A stretch of 63,118 bases of DNA, the filler included, from Licmophora abbreviata (lineage: Eukaryota), in the NCBI GenBank assembly GCA_900291995.1. It is 6 parts of 6 records of this genome, joined end to end, with 100 filler letters (N's around TTAATTAATTAA, not from the genome) between each part and the next. Parts side by side here need not be neighbours in the genome. Positions count along the whole stretch, not along the records: positions 14,073 to 37,912 come from OLMU01004848.1; positions 38,013 to 43,433 come from OLMU01004849.1; positions 43,534 to 50,109 come from OLMU01004850.1; 3 more parts are not named here. The stretch is one strand, 5' to 3'. This document shows positions 37,601 through 49,047 of this stretch, one piece after another. How positions within the stretch are numbered: position 1 is the stretch's first letter; every line of letters begins with the position of its first letter. A model generated the notes under the pieces. That model was not told the origin of the DNA and ran no database searches. It saw nothing but the letters and a program-made list of their open reading frames with translations. The position numbers and the translations under genes are program-made.

Positions 37601-38176
37601 ATATCTTCCACGCAGCCGTGTCGGGAGCCCCTGTAACAAGCTGGGAAGGCTACGACACACACTACACGGAGCGCTATATGGGCTTACCCTCCGACAATCC
37701 CTCTGGGTATCGCGAATCGGCGGTCTTGGACCACGTTCCCAATATGCGTGGCCGTCTTATGCTAGTTCACGGTCTGATTGACGAGAATGTGCACTTTCGT
37801 CACACGGCTCGTTTGATCAATCGCTTGATTGCTGCCGGCAAGGATTACGATTTGCTCATCTTTCCTGACGAACGACATTCTCCTCGTCGTCTTCGCGATC
37901 GGCTGTACATGGNNNNNNNNNNNNNNNNNNNNNNNNNNNNNNNNNNNNNNNNNNNNTTAATTAATTAANNNNNNNNNNNNNNNNNNNNNNNNNNNNNNNN
38001 NNNNNNNNNNNNAACAGCGCATTAGCGATTTCTTCTTGCGGCATTTGGGACTTCCACAGGCTCTTCAGAGTACACCTCCTTCCACTGCAATGTCGTCGTC
38101 GGCGACGGCCGTGGGCGGTCAGACAACAGCGACTGCAGATGGAGGCGGTGTGCGTACCGTGGCAGGTCACCTGTAA
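34675..38176 (+). CDS. Dipeptidyl peptidase IV/8/9-like (S9B) peptidase, interrupted by the artificial spacer 37913-38012
   Basis: 'QEEMDRYQGYWWSP', 'VYGGP', nucleophile 'GWSYGG', 'YDTHYTERYMG', 'HGLIDENVHF', 'FPDERH'. The frame continues across the gap as M-E-QRISDFFLRHL and stops at 38176. Confidence 0.92.
37913..38012. other. Artificial contig spacer
   Basis: N44-TTAATTAATTAA-N44. Confidence 0.97.
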
Positions 38177-38224
38177 AGTATGCCTATCATACTATTAGCT
38201 TACGACTTTCACAAGCTCCGTGTT

Positions 38225-38252
38225 GTAGTAGTAGTAGTAGTAGTAGTAGTAG
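38225..38252. repeat. (TAG)n microsatellite
   Basis: About 9 tandem tag units between convergent genes. Confidence 0.85.
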
Positions 38253-38288
38253 ACTGTTAAAGTCTACCTGGTCTCGCTGTCGTTCGCA

Positions 38289-39076
38289 CTACTTGTTACC
38301 ACTTCCGCTCAACTGGCCCACCGCCTGTTTGCGCACTTCCTTACTAATTCTCGCTTCAATCCTCTTATCCTCTTCCTCCGCAATCTGCTCTCGCACCTTC
38401 CGATAGGAGGGGTACCGAATCAAGACGTAGGTATTGTAAAAGGCCACTCCTACCAAGCATCCCGCCACAATCTTTCCAAACAAGTCATCGTAGGCCCAGG
38501 TGACACTGGCCATTAAAAAGTAAAAGAGAAATCGCCAGACGGCGCTAAAGAGAAAGCCAAAGTTGACGGCAATCATGACGCGCAAGAACTTCAATTGCGT
38601 TTCCATGCAACAGACCAGGAGACCACCGCAGGAGGCATAGACGGCCAAGACAAAGGTGGAGGGATCCGGAATGCCAATCATGACGAGAACCTGATGAAGG
38701 TGGGGGGTGATGTGAGATGGGGTGAGTATTGGAATTGTGTCATTGGAACAAAGTAGCATGGTCGAGTCGAACTAGTCGTATGTCTCCAAGTCCAACTTTC
38801 TGCAGCAAGGCGACGAAAGTCTCTCTCTGCGTGTCTTGCAAGGATTGATGCTCACACCCTCCTCCTGGTTTCAGTTTGACTCACCGAACAGGCAATGAGT
38901 GCTACGCTGACTCCCATATTGGCAAGACGCATGGTCAGAATGACGCCGGGCAGATCGCCATCTTGCACAGCGGCCGGTGCGGCCCGACTCGTGTTGTTGA
39001 CAGAGTCGACTTCCAGGACTGCTGCAGGAGCTGGTGCATCGGCAGCTGGGGTCAACCAGGAAGGAGAATCTGCCAT
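38289..39076 (-). CDS. COPI-associated / TVP15-like Golgi membrane protein; 2 exons
   Basis: 'MRLANMG', 'FVLAVY..CGGLLVCCME' and 'NFGFLFSAVWRFLFY', with several TM segments. Confidence 0.7.
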
Positions 39077-39406
39077 TGTGAGAAAAGAAAAAGAGAGCGA
39101 ACGACAAGCTGCTGCACTGTGCTGCCGGCTCACTGCACTCGTTGTGTCTCTCTCCCTGGGTCGTGCCCCTTCTACAAATGACGTACAAGCAGTACTGAGT
39201 TCCACGTACCTGGTATCGTACCACAGCTAGCATCACGATACCTTTTGGGAGGCTACATTTTTCGCCTCAACGGTTGAGTTTCGAACAAACGCATCGATGA
39301 AAACACAAAACTGAGAAAAACCACTTGAAAGACCCCATGACAAAGATCTCTCTCTTTGTGACGACGCCGTACATCCCAAAACAACAACAACAACAACAAC
39401 ATCACC

Positions 39407-40471
39407 ATGGGCGCCTCTTCTCATCAGGAAGAACTCTACAGTATCGATTGTTGCTCTTCTCACATTGCCTTGATTGTCAGCAGTCCAACCATCGATGACG
39501 ATGACGACAAACTACAAGACAATCAAGAGTGGAACAACAAGGAAAAGTCAGTTCCGCAGGGGGAATCGATAGAAGTAGCTCTCGACAAAGCTGCACCAGA
39601 CTCGAATCATACATCCTCGACCGTACAGAACCACGAGGATGAGGAAGATGAGGAAGACGAACTTGCCAGGACACCTGAATTCTTTTCCAATGACCATGAT
39701 GATGATGATGATGATGATGATGAAGCATCCGTTGACCGTACAACGGCGACAGCGGGACAAGACCAAAGTAGTAGTGGTAGTTTTCATAATGAAAGTCTTC
39801 AAGAAGAAGGAACGAGGGAAAGTACGACGACAGACGAGGCCTGGAGAAAGTTAAAGGCATCCACACTACTGCTGGGTCAAGTTTTAGACGACACGACGGG
39901 CTTTTCGTACATATGGAAGGGTCTGCAAGATCACGTTGTGGAACTGGATGAACAAGCCAAAGAACGATCGGAAGTTTACAAGGAAGCGTCCAGTCGGGTG
40001 GGTGATTGGTGGAAGCATACTATTCAGTCGAGTCATGATCATGATGATGATGGCAGTGTTCCGACGAGCGGTGCAAGGAGTGCAACTCACTCGACAACAA
40101 CGGCAGGTGAGGTGCGTGTCGAAAGTCTTGCGAATGAGAAAGACGACACTGCAAAGCCTACAATAGAAGCATCGGAATCGACACCACGACAGTCCTTGGA
40201 GCAAGATCATCATCATCATCATCACAAACTACTAAAATCCACAAAGGACAAGCTACGGTCATTGGATGAACAACATCAATTGCTAAAGTCGACAGCGGAA
40301 AGACTCACCAAGGGGGCAGACTTTCTCACGCGAACAATACTGAGTGGTAGTGGTATTGGAAAAGGTGATGAGAATCGTATGGATGGTGGAGCTACTGTAA
40401 GAGCGGGCCCATCGCCGGGCACGATGAAACTTCATTCTGTAATGGAGCGGCCAGGGGGAGCCAATGTCTAG
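39407..40471 (+). CDS. Acidic low-complexity hypothetical protein
   Basis: 354-aa ORF with poly-D and poly-H tracts. Confidence 0.55.
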   Translation: MGASSHQEELYSIDCCSSHIALIVSSPTIDDDDDKLQDNQEWNNKEKSVPQGESIEVALDKAAPDSNHTSSTVQNHEDEEDEEDELARTPEFFSNDHDDDDDDDDEASVDRTTATAGQDQSSSGSFHNESLQEEGTRESTTTDEAWRKLKASTLLLGQVLDDTTGFSYIWKGLQDHVVELDEQAKERSEVYKEASSRVGDWWKHTIQSSHDHDDDGSVPTSGARSATHSTTTAGEVRVESLANEKDDTAKPTIEASESTPRQSLEQDHHHHHHKLLKSTKDKLRSLDEQHQLLKSTAERLTKGADFLTRTILSGSGIGKGDENRMDGGATVRAGPSPGTMKLHSVMERPGGANV

Positions 40472-40512
40472 TAGAGCCTGTTGGGATTCGAATATTTACA
40501 AGGCCGCCTCTA

Positions 40513-42561
40513 CTACGTTTTGCTTTTAGTAGGCAGCTTCTCTTCGTCTACGCGCGGCAAGTGACTTCGATAGTTGTTGCCATTGGTACTCGGAGCATCT
40601 CGCTGATAGGTGTCGACGTGATGACCGTTCGTCATGGCAAGGGAACCGCCATTGGTGTAACCATTGATGGAATGGCCATTCGAGACCCGTGCTTCCGATA
40701 GCTTGGAGTAGTTATGATGTTGGGCGTGTTTCGATGTCTTCGTTGCAAGCGTCTTGAGCGCCAACACGACCAATATCATCAGCACGACGCTGCCGCACGC
40801 CAAACCCACTCCGACTCCCACACGCCACAGCGATATGGGACTTCTGGCGGCATGCGCCAAACAGGTAGGACCGGTCCACAGCAAGGAACATTCACACGTG
40901 TGATTGCGCAGGGTAGACATACACGTCCCGCGTCCTGCGTATCCACCGCAGTCATGGTCGTGCTGGCAGGATCCGCCGCCCTTCATGATTGACAGCAAGG
41001 GGCGAGTCTGGTCCGGTAGCTTGTATCGATCCAAGTGAGACTCGATGAAGTGTTTCGTAGGACGAGATTTTGGGGAACACCCTATTGTGTGCTTTGATTC
41101 TTCAGCTGCTTGGTACACTCTCACATAGTCAATCTCGAGCGACGCGGGAAGGTTCTCGCAGAATCCTTCTGGGAGCGCACACGAGCGACAGCAGGGATTG
41201 CCGCAATCGTAACATTTGCATTTACAATTCAGAAAGTACGCATCCGGCATGGCCCAATCCTTCGACACAGCCAAGTTCATCAACAAGTACATTGGTTCAC
41301 TGGGAATTTCGGTCCCAGATACTCGCAGACTTTCACCAGGAATACCCGACACGAGCTTGCCGTCTACATACCATCGGATGTAGCCATCGTCATGCTTGCT
41401 AGGTGGCTCCCATTCGACTCGATACAAGTGCTGATGGAAAAAGTGACTGCTGTTGAGCAGCATATTGGTCGAAATAGCATCTGTCTGATAGGACTCCATG
41501 TCGTTCTCCCAGAAGCGTGCTCCGTAAAAGTATGTATTCAAGGATGCCTTCGTTTCTCGACCGTATTGAATGTCAGGATACCAAACTTGAGTCTTGTTGC
41601 AAAGCACATCAAGGGATGCAGTGAGTCAGACTGTGAGAGGGTCGATGGCCAAACAATGAACAATACTCTTCATACTTTAAGTTTCTTACCGCATTCGGAG
41701 CATGTCCCACTTTCGGTCGATGTTTTTCTATGCCTGGTGCCACTTGCAGTGATGTGGACAAGACAGGAGCCGGCCAAGATCGCATGTACATGGTTTCGAG
41801 TAGGTCGATTTCGGGAGCGCCGCGTCCTAGTTTTGACGTACAAGAGTTGATTTCTTGCTGTCCGAAGCGCGTCCTGTCGTCGCAGACATTGGTACTGTAC
41901 GGCCAGAGTCGTTCCGTCGACTTGATATAGGTCGCCCGAGCCAGGTTGCCCATCATCCAGACTTTGTAAAACGTCGAATTCGTTAAGGTGTGAATGAGTG
42001 CAGGCATGAATAAACCAGACTTCTGCATCAGATTGAACAAAGACAGACTGGTCAGGACTTACCTGCCGGCCATAGGCCTCCGATCCTAGGATCGCCAGGT
42101 AATTTGACGGAAACCTCAAGAATTCCTCCTGTAAAGCAAAATTTGTTCCAGCTCTGCAACATGCCGCTTTGAAAGTTCTTTCTTTCTGTCTTGTTTTCTC
42201 CCATAGGAAAATCCTTTGGTTTAGCATCGATGGTCAAGTTGAGCACGCCGTTTGATGTCGTAACGGCATCATGGCTGTAGTAGTGAAGAGGGTTGTTGGT
42301 AGCGTCGTTTTTGTCAAGGGCTGTCCATCGAGGGTCGTGTCCATCGTGAAACGTTCTCCCGTCCTGCTGAAACTCATCTGAAAAGACCAGCCTGTAATGC
42401 CGGTCATCTCCAACAGTGAACGCGGTGGTACTTCGAGAGAAGTCGGGGGTATCGGGATCGACCCAATCAGGCTCAGTGGCGGCGATCCAAAATAGACCGG
42501 ACAAGACGAGAGTTCGAACGAGAAAAGTCCCGATTCTGCAAGGAGCGCTCATTAACACCAT
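40513..42561 (-). CDS. KRE6/SKN1-type GH16 beta-1,6-transglycosylase; 3 exons
   Basis: Signal peptide, 'WVDPDTP', 'LVFSDEF', 'QSGMLQSWNKFCFTGG', 'GLWPA.WMMGNLARA', catalytic 'GRGAPEIDLLE', 'IPSEPMYL', 'IDYVRVYQ', then a Cys-rich segment and C-terminal TM. Confidence 0.9.
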
Positions 42562-42818
42562 CGAGTACTGTCTATCGTACATTTCCTGTCACTGGTTGAC
42601 CACTGTCGTGGCGCTCGGCCTCCGACAACGCTGATCTATACCGGTCGTTACCTACCAGGGTACCATCATCTGCTGAATCAACTCCGGAAGTTTGGAAAGG
42701 GCGCGCCCAATCAATCACAAGTCACGCATGACGGGAGCATTTGAGTCCCGGAGTTTACGTAAACCACTTATTTTGTATTATTACTTGGCCTCTTCCTCCA
42801 ACCCGAAACCGGGCAGAC

Positions 42819-42895
42819 ATCAGGAGATTCCGGGTTCGAATCCCGGGCGGAATTCTTCTGTTCCGTTGGCCCAACGGTAAGGCGCCTGACTACGG
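42819..42895 (+). tRNA. Circularly permuted tRNA-Arg(ACG): 3' half 42819-42854, 5-nt spacer, 5' half 42860-42895
   Basis: Joining 42860-42895 to 42819-42854 gives a complete cloverleaf: acceptor GTTCCGT/GCGGAAT, D arm GCCCAACGGTAAGGC, anticodon arm CCTGA-CT-ACG-GA-TCAGG, T arm CCGGG-TTCGAAT-CCCGG. Confidence 0.9.
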
Positions 42896-42900
42896 CTCGA

Positions 42901-42906
42901 TTTTTT
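42901..42906 (+). terminator. Putative RNA polymerase III T6 terminator of the permuted tRNA
   Basis: TTTTTT 5 nt after the 5' half. Confidence 0.65.
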
Positions 42907-43200
42907 ACCCTCGGGGCCCCATGCCGCTTCACTTCTTTTTTGTTGCTGTCTTCAGTTTTGGTGAAGGTGGCCAACAACTACTGTACCTCTTCTAGCTAGA
43001 TTATCAGTAGCCCAGGCGACGAATGTCAGCAAGATGCTTACTAACTAGCTTCCGACGTCTTGACGATGCAGCTCAGGAACACTGCCATGCTGCAGAGGTG
43101 TGACCCCATTTTTTTTAATGTCCATACACTGCTATTGCCCATTGTCGCATATATATCCATGGAATACTCATTACACGCGAGCTAGGCCATGCTCTCCGCA

Positions 43201-43433
43201 AGGATCCAACTTCGCGCCCATCCTTTTCACGTGCGGTATCGTCTTGCTACTATCTTCTTCTGTGGGACGATTCAAAGCCAACGAGTCTGACCGACGGCGG
43301 ATTGCTTTTGCTTTCAGTAGAGCATTTGCCGCCCTCTTGCTCGCTCACTTTGACTTGGTACGCTTGCCGAGTCTCTCCTTCGTGTTCGAGCAATGTTCCA
43401 CAGTTCCGATACTGGAGTACAACGGGGTTCCCA
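43201..43433 (-). repeat. Near-identical copy (allele or paralog) of the 3' end of the gene at 43534-44736
   Basis: Matches 43534-43753 apart from a few SNPs and a 13-nt indel. Confidence 0.9.
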
Positions 43434-43533
43434 NNNNNNNNNNNNNNNNNNNNNNNNNNNNNNNNNNNNNNNNNNNNTTAATTAATTAANNNNNNNNNNN
43501 NNNNNNNNNNNNNNNNNNNNNNNNNNNNNNNNN
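43434..43533. other. Artificial contig spacer
   Basis: N44-TTAATTAATTAA-N44. Confidence 0.97.
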
Positions 43534-44736
43534 AGGATCCAACTTCGCGCCCATCCTTTTCACTTGCGGTATCGTCTTTCTGTGGGACGATTCAAAGCCA
43601 ACGAGTCTGACCGACGGCGGATTGCTTTTGCTTTCAGTAGAGCATTTGCCGCCCTCTTGCTCGCTCACTTTGACTTGGTACGCTTGCCGAGTCTCTCCTT
43701 CGTGCTCGAGCAATGTTCCACAGTTCCGATACTGGAGTACAACGGGGTTCCCACGGAGGAGTCGGTAGACGATATCCACGGAAGCATCTGCCATTGCGGC
43801 GTGCTCGCAGGGGTACAGGTGTGAGACAGGATCTCGAGTTACCATAATCTTGGGTGGAGTAGCATCCACAAGAGGGCGAATGATCCATCTGTAGTATCGT
43901 TCGGCAAGGACGTTTGGTTTGAATCGTTCGATACTGACGTTGCGAACTTGCAACGTTTGATACTGGTCGAATGCGTGGTTTAGGGGGAGTCTTCCATGTG
44001 CGTCGGCATAGCAAGCTCCCTCAGGGAAAGATCGCAGAAGCCTCGGGAGATTTTCGAATTGGCTTGTATGCCAGGTAGCATAGTGAAGCGGCAGTCGGCC
44101 TAAATGGTCTCGTGTGCTTATCTGATCAGGATACAGGTTCATGACTAGTTCGACAGCACACCGAGGAGCATCAAACTGTACAATTGCATGAGTAATGAGC
44201 CACGGGATTTCATTGGGGACAATATCGTCCAAGTTTCGGTCCATTGCCGCCTTGAGAACTAGCTCAGTTTTGTCCAAGGCAATTTTCAATTCAGGTCCGT
44301 TGTCGAGATCTTCCAGAGACGAAACGTCCTGGAATCCTTTCCCTATTGACAGTCTGCCCCACAAAGTCTTCAGCGTAGCCCATACCCAGAATTCATCAAA
44401 TACGGGGCCGAATCCTACTTGTAGCAACTGCTTGGTAACTTCCGGAGACCCGTGGAACAGAGCCAGTGAATACACCTTTACCACCTCATACCTCTTTCCA
44501 TAATACACGTCCATGCTTGGGATATTCGCTCCCCACCAGTCTGACTCTTTCAATTTATTCAGCAAGAAGCGAACAAGCTCAGGAGATACGGCCTTGGGAT
44601 ACTTAAGAGCGAAGAGAAGAGCTAGACGGATCTCGTGGGGGTCGAGGAGACTTGCGGAATGATCCGTCAGCAGTGCGAGCGCCTTGTCCCATTTTCTGTG
44701 TCCCACCAGATTTTCATACTTGTCCATCGGAAACAT
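43534..44736 (-). CDS. Hypothetical protein with ankyrin-like 'GRLPLH' repeats
   Basis: 'DHLGRLPLHYA', 'DAHGRLPLNHA' and 'LYPCEHAA...VYRLLR.NP'; this pattern is common in expanded diatom families. Confidence 0.65.
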
Positions 44737-45325
44737 GGTAACTAGGAGTAAGATACGCCCGATTGTCTCCTCACAAGGCCAATGAGAGCGTCCAGAGGGT
44801 CGTCAATGCATACGCCATAGTCACTGTTCCTCAACATACACGTGAACCCTTGAATATGAAGTTCACTTTTTGTTTCGGACGGCGGGCGCGCCAAATTTAC
44901 TCCAAGTCGAAGTAGTCGGGGATATATCCAAAGGCTCATAGCCTACTCAAGAGTTCAACTTGCAGTACATTCAACGGCATCTTAGTACTGCGTACGCACC
45001 AACTTGGAGGATGCGAAGCCTCTGTGACGCGTGGAGTCGTCGCAGGGTGTGTGATGAACGTCGGCTTTTGTCTCATCTTGTCGTCGGAGTGAGAGTGAAG
45101 AAAGAGAGCCTCTCAATTGACGTTGGGAAAGTCTCGTTGGCGATTCAAATACTCCTCCCTACCAAACTGTTGTGAAGAGTCGCTGTGACTTGCTAGAAGT
45201 CTTAAACGAACGAATTTTCAGGTGAGATTTGGCTCAGTTTTGCTTGGAAGAACAAATTGAAAGTACGTGATGGCTCACGTCTTTCCTTTCTTTTCCCTTA
45301 ATCTTCTGATAGGCTGTTATTCAAC

Positions 45326-48300
45326 ATGCCGCAGTATCAAGCTGTTGCCCTAGCGGCCCTGCTTACTGCCTCCTATGCACCCGAGACGGCCTCATTCGGA
45401 ACGCTTCCTACCGCCAATCGTCGACTCTTAACTGGCCGTACGTTTGGCATGCCCACTCTCAAGAGCGCCGCCACAGCTACTCTCAGTACCAGTGCCCCAT
45501 CCAGGACCCATCATCCGTCGAAGACTCTCACCATGTTGGTTGAAACCTCCGGTGGTATGGAAGAACTTCAGGATATGATCGACAACGATCCTCAGGTAGT
45601 GCAACAGGTACGGAAGAGTCCTAGCTTGTGGAAGATGGCTGGCTACGCCAGTATTCCATTGAGCGCTGCCTTGGGCTTTGGATTAGTTCCATCGCAGCGT
45701 CTCGCAGCCAATACGGTGGGTGCGGTCGTTACGGGAGCGCTGGGTGCCGTCGGAAAGACGAAAATGGATGACATCGCGGAATCGGCTGCCAAGCCTGCCA
45801 TTGCGCAGGCCATTCTGGACCACGGACTGGAGGACCCGAAAAGGACTTATCAGCAGGTTCATGGTATTCAGAATCTTTTCGGTGTCTTGGATGAAGACTT
45901 TGCGGGCATGTGCACTGAGATCTATCAGACGTACCTGTTGGGCATGGTCAGATACAATTTCACGCCGAAAACGTCCGAACTCAAGGAGCTGGATGCGCTC
46001 AAGACGATTCTGAGCATGGACAATCTTATGGTGGGCGAAGCGCATGCAGCCGCTGCCGCCGAGTGGTATCGTAGCACCTGTCTGTTTACGCCGGAAGAAG
46101 ATCTGGACGACCCGGAGCATCCCGATCGCATGGCAATGGACAAATTCCTCTTTCTGACCGAGCGTGCCTTGAAACAAGGAGGAGAAACCGAAGAAGCGTT
46201 TGTCTTCGAAATGACGCGTACGGCGAAGGCAATGAATTTGGAATTGAACACAGCGTTGGAGCGAGTGGCCAGTGTTATTGAACCCTTCTATCAACGTGCT
46301 TTGAAGTCTACCCGCGGCAAACTAGGAACGGCACAGGTTTCGTCTGCCATGTTGGAACGGGCGCGCAAGACTCTTGGTGTCGATGATGTCACGGCACAGG
46401 ATATGCATATTGCGTGCTTCAATGAGGAGGTAAAGGAGCTAATGGGCATAGGGGACAAGAATGAAGAAGGCGAGGAGCCCTCTGTGGCAGATCTCAAGTT
46501 TTCCGACGGGGCCATGGAGCGCGTAAGTTGACGTGTATTCCATCGTCAGAAGTGGTCAAGTGCCAAAGGGGAGACTATCTAATTCTTATGTGATCTGTTC
46601 TCTCTTCTCTTTCGTTTCACAGTTGAGCCAGCTGAGGGACATCCTAGGGTTGACCGAAAGCGACGGCAACTACGAAATTGAGTCTGAAGCGACACCTCTC
46701 TTCCAGGCCACCGCATTGAATGCTATGAAGGATTTGCTGGCCGGTACCAAGAGCCCTGATGAGGCCTGGGAGGAAATGAATGTCCGTCGCGAAGAGCTGC
46801 TGCTTCCGGACGGCTCTACTAAGAAGCTCATGTCGTCCATGGTGATGCAAGCCCTCGGCGGTCCCCTGGAGGAGACGAACAAGTTTGCAAAGGTCAACAA
46901 CGAGGCGGCAACCTACGACCACTTACTTGAGGCACTTGAGGCCAAGGAGGCGCTCGTTTCAATTTTGACGAAATCAGGCTGGGATGAATTCGAGAACTTT
47001 GACGAGACGTTCTGTGATCCCCATGATCGCTTTTCCGCCAACGGGTTCTTGTCCTCGATGGAGCGCCGAAAGCTCTACAAGATATTTTTGAATCGCTCGG
47101 TTCGTAAATCCGAAGACGGAAAGCTCAGCGAGGAAATGTACGAGAAAGTAATGGAAGTGAAGGGGTTACTTGGAATTGACGACCGTGATGCAGAGGCGGA
47201 GTCGCACAGCGTCTTTGGACCCGAGTTGTCAAAGGTACTCCAGTCTGCCATGCAGGAAATTTTGAACGATTACACGCCCGACTTGGTTAAGAATCTTCAG
47301 AAGACCATCGATGGGGTCGTGGAGAACTACCGCCTTTCCAATGATTACCTCCAGCAGGTTGGCGCAGGTTTGTACGGGAAGGCCGTAGAAGCGATTAACG
47401 CCGAGGCTCCAGGTGGCATCCCCACTGCGGAACAGAACGAAGCATTGGACTCTCTTCGAGGCTTGTTCAAGCTATCGAAAGAAGACACCTACGAGTCTCA
47501 TATGGAACACTTTGGTAGTGTGTACAGGAAGAGCGTGCTGGAAGCAATGGGATCCACTGGTGTCATCCTGCCAGAATTCCGAAAGTCGCTAGAAAAGCTT
47601 CGCGGCCGTCTTGGCGTTTCGGAAGAAGCCTGCAAGCAGGTGTTCCTGGAAGCTGTCGACCAAAAAATGAAGCCTATGGTAGAATGGATTGTGAGTGAAA
47701 TGGAACGTACCATGCTCACACAGCAGCAACTCTCACAGAGGCGAGGAAAAGACATGGGTGAAGATCTTTTTCAGACTGGGAAGGGTGCTGATGTAAGTCA
47801 TCGACGACACGCCGCTAATCAAACTTTTCTTATTCGAGTATTCTGACATGCTGTGTTGTTACCGAAATTCTGCAGGGTGTTCTTGGAATTGGCGCTGAAG
47901 TCAATGTTATGAGCGACATTATGAACCTTGTCGATTTTTACACCGAGAACGACATTGCGGAGAAAAAGGAAGTCGGTACCCAGACTGTGGAGAAGAAGGT
48001 ACCCGCTGATGAGGAGGGAGGGGACGAAAAGACCGTGACGGAAGAAGTCCCAGTCTACGAAACGACCTACCCCGTCACTGGTCTTGAGATTGGCGCCCTC
48101 GATCAAGAAATGGCAGAGCTATTGTACCGACAGTTTGTCGTTGGGGGCTTTACGACGCAGGGACCACAGGGGGCCCGATACGAAGGGGCCAAGGCGACGT
48201 TTGGAGGTATTCTCGGCCTGACGAGCGAAAAGATGGAGGAAATCAGCGGAAACATTGGCAGCACAGTGTACGACAACTTTATCTCGAACGCGATGCGAAC

Positions 48301-48934
48301 CAAGGGTGCAATGGACCAGCAGGACATGATGTTCCTTGCCAACATCCAGGGCAAGCTTGGTCTCTCCTCCGAACAGAGCGAGAAGCTATTGCTCCAATCT
48401 CAAAAGAAGATTCTGTCGGAAGAAATCGATGGAATTATGGACAATCCTTCCCCGGAGCGTCTCAAGGCGTTCCGAGAGAAGTGTAACACCATGGGAATGG
48501 ATTTGTCCGAGGACGTGGGCATTTCGCTGACGAGACTGGCCAAGATGTTTGAAGGCGAGCTGATTCCGGGCTTGAAGAACGGTGACATCACGGTCGACAG
48601 CGTCGACACTTTGACCGAGATGCAAGAGAGTTTGGGCATGTCGGAGGAAGACTGTGCGAGCATCTTTGAAAGCATCCTCGGTCGGCTGGCCAAGTCCACG
48701 TACGAGCTGATTGCTGGTGAGATCCTTCGGGGGCGTGAAGAGAACTCTGCGGATCTCATTAAGGAGCTTGTGAACTATGCTAGCTTTGTGGACGGTGAGC
48801 TTGGCCTGAGCGTCCCCGAGGCCACTGGCTACCAAATTTTCAACCTCTATGAGGCTCTGGACTTTGAGGGTGAAGATTCAGAGGCTGTCGAGAACAACAA
48901 GGCATTGCTCAAGACATCTCTTTCTTTGTCATAA
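45326..48934 (+). CDS. TIC110-like plastid inner-envelope translocon component; exons 45326-46522, 46623-47791, 47876-48934
   Basis: Bipartite presequence ('TASF'), two N-terminal hydrophobic helices, and a roughly 1100-aa acidic alpha-helical body with 'LYRQFVV' and 'GSTVYDNF'. Assigned from architecture and recalled similarity. Confidence 0.7.
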
Positions 48935-49047
48935 GTATTATGTTTACAAATGGAAACCTCACAACTTAGTAGTAGTGATTCACACAATTTGGGTTTACAT
49001 GTTACATTCCTCTGACCGCCAATCATACATTCTTCACAAAATTAACA

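Noticed and set aside
42819..42895. Remnant of two tandem ordinary tRNA genes
   Set aside because: No upstream 5' half or downstream 3' half is present. The break is exactly at 37/38, the flanks are complementary, and a T6 terminator follows.
42692..42995. Short ORFs overlapping 42692-42995
   Set aside because: No protein-like features; the region is explained by the permuted tRNA.
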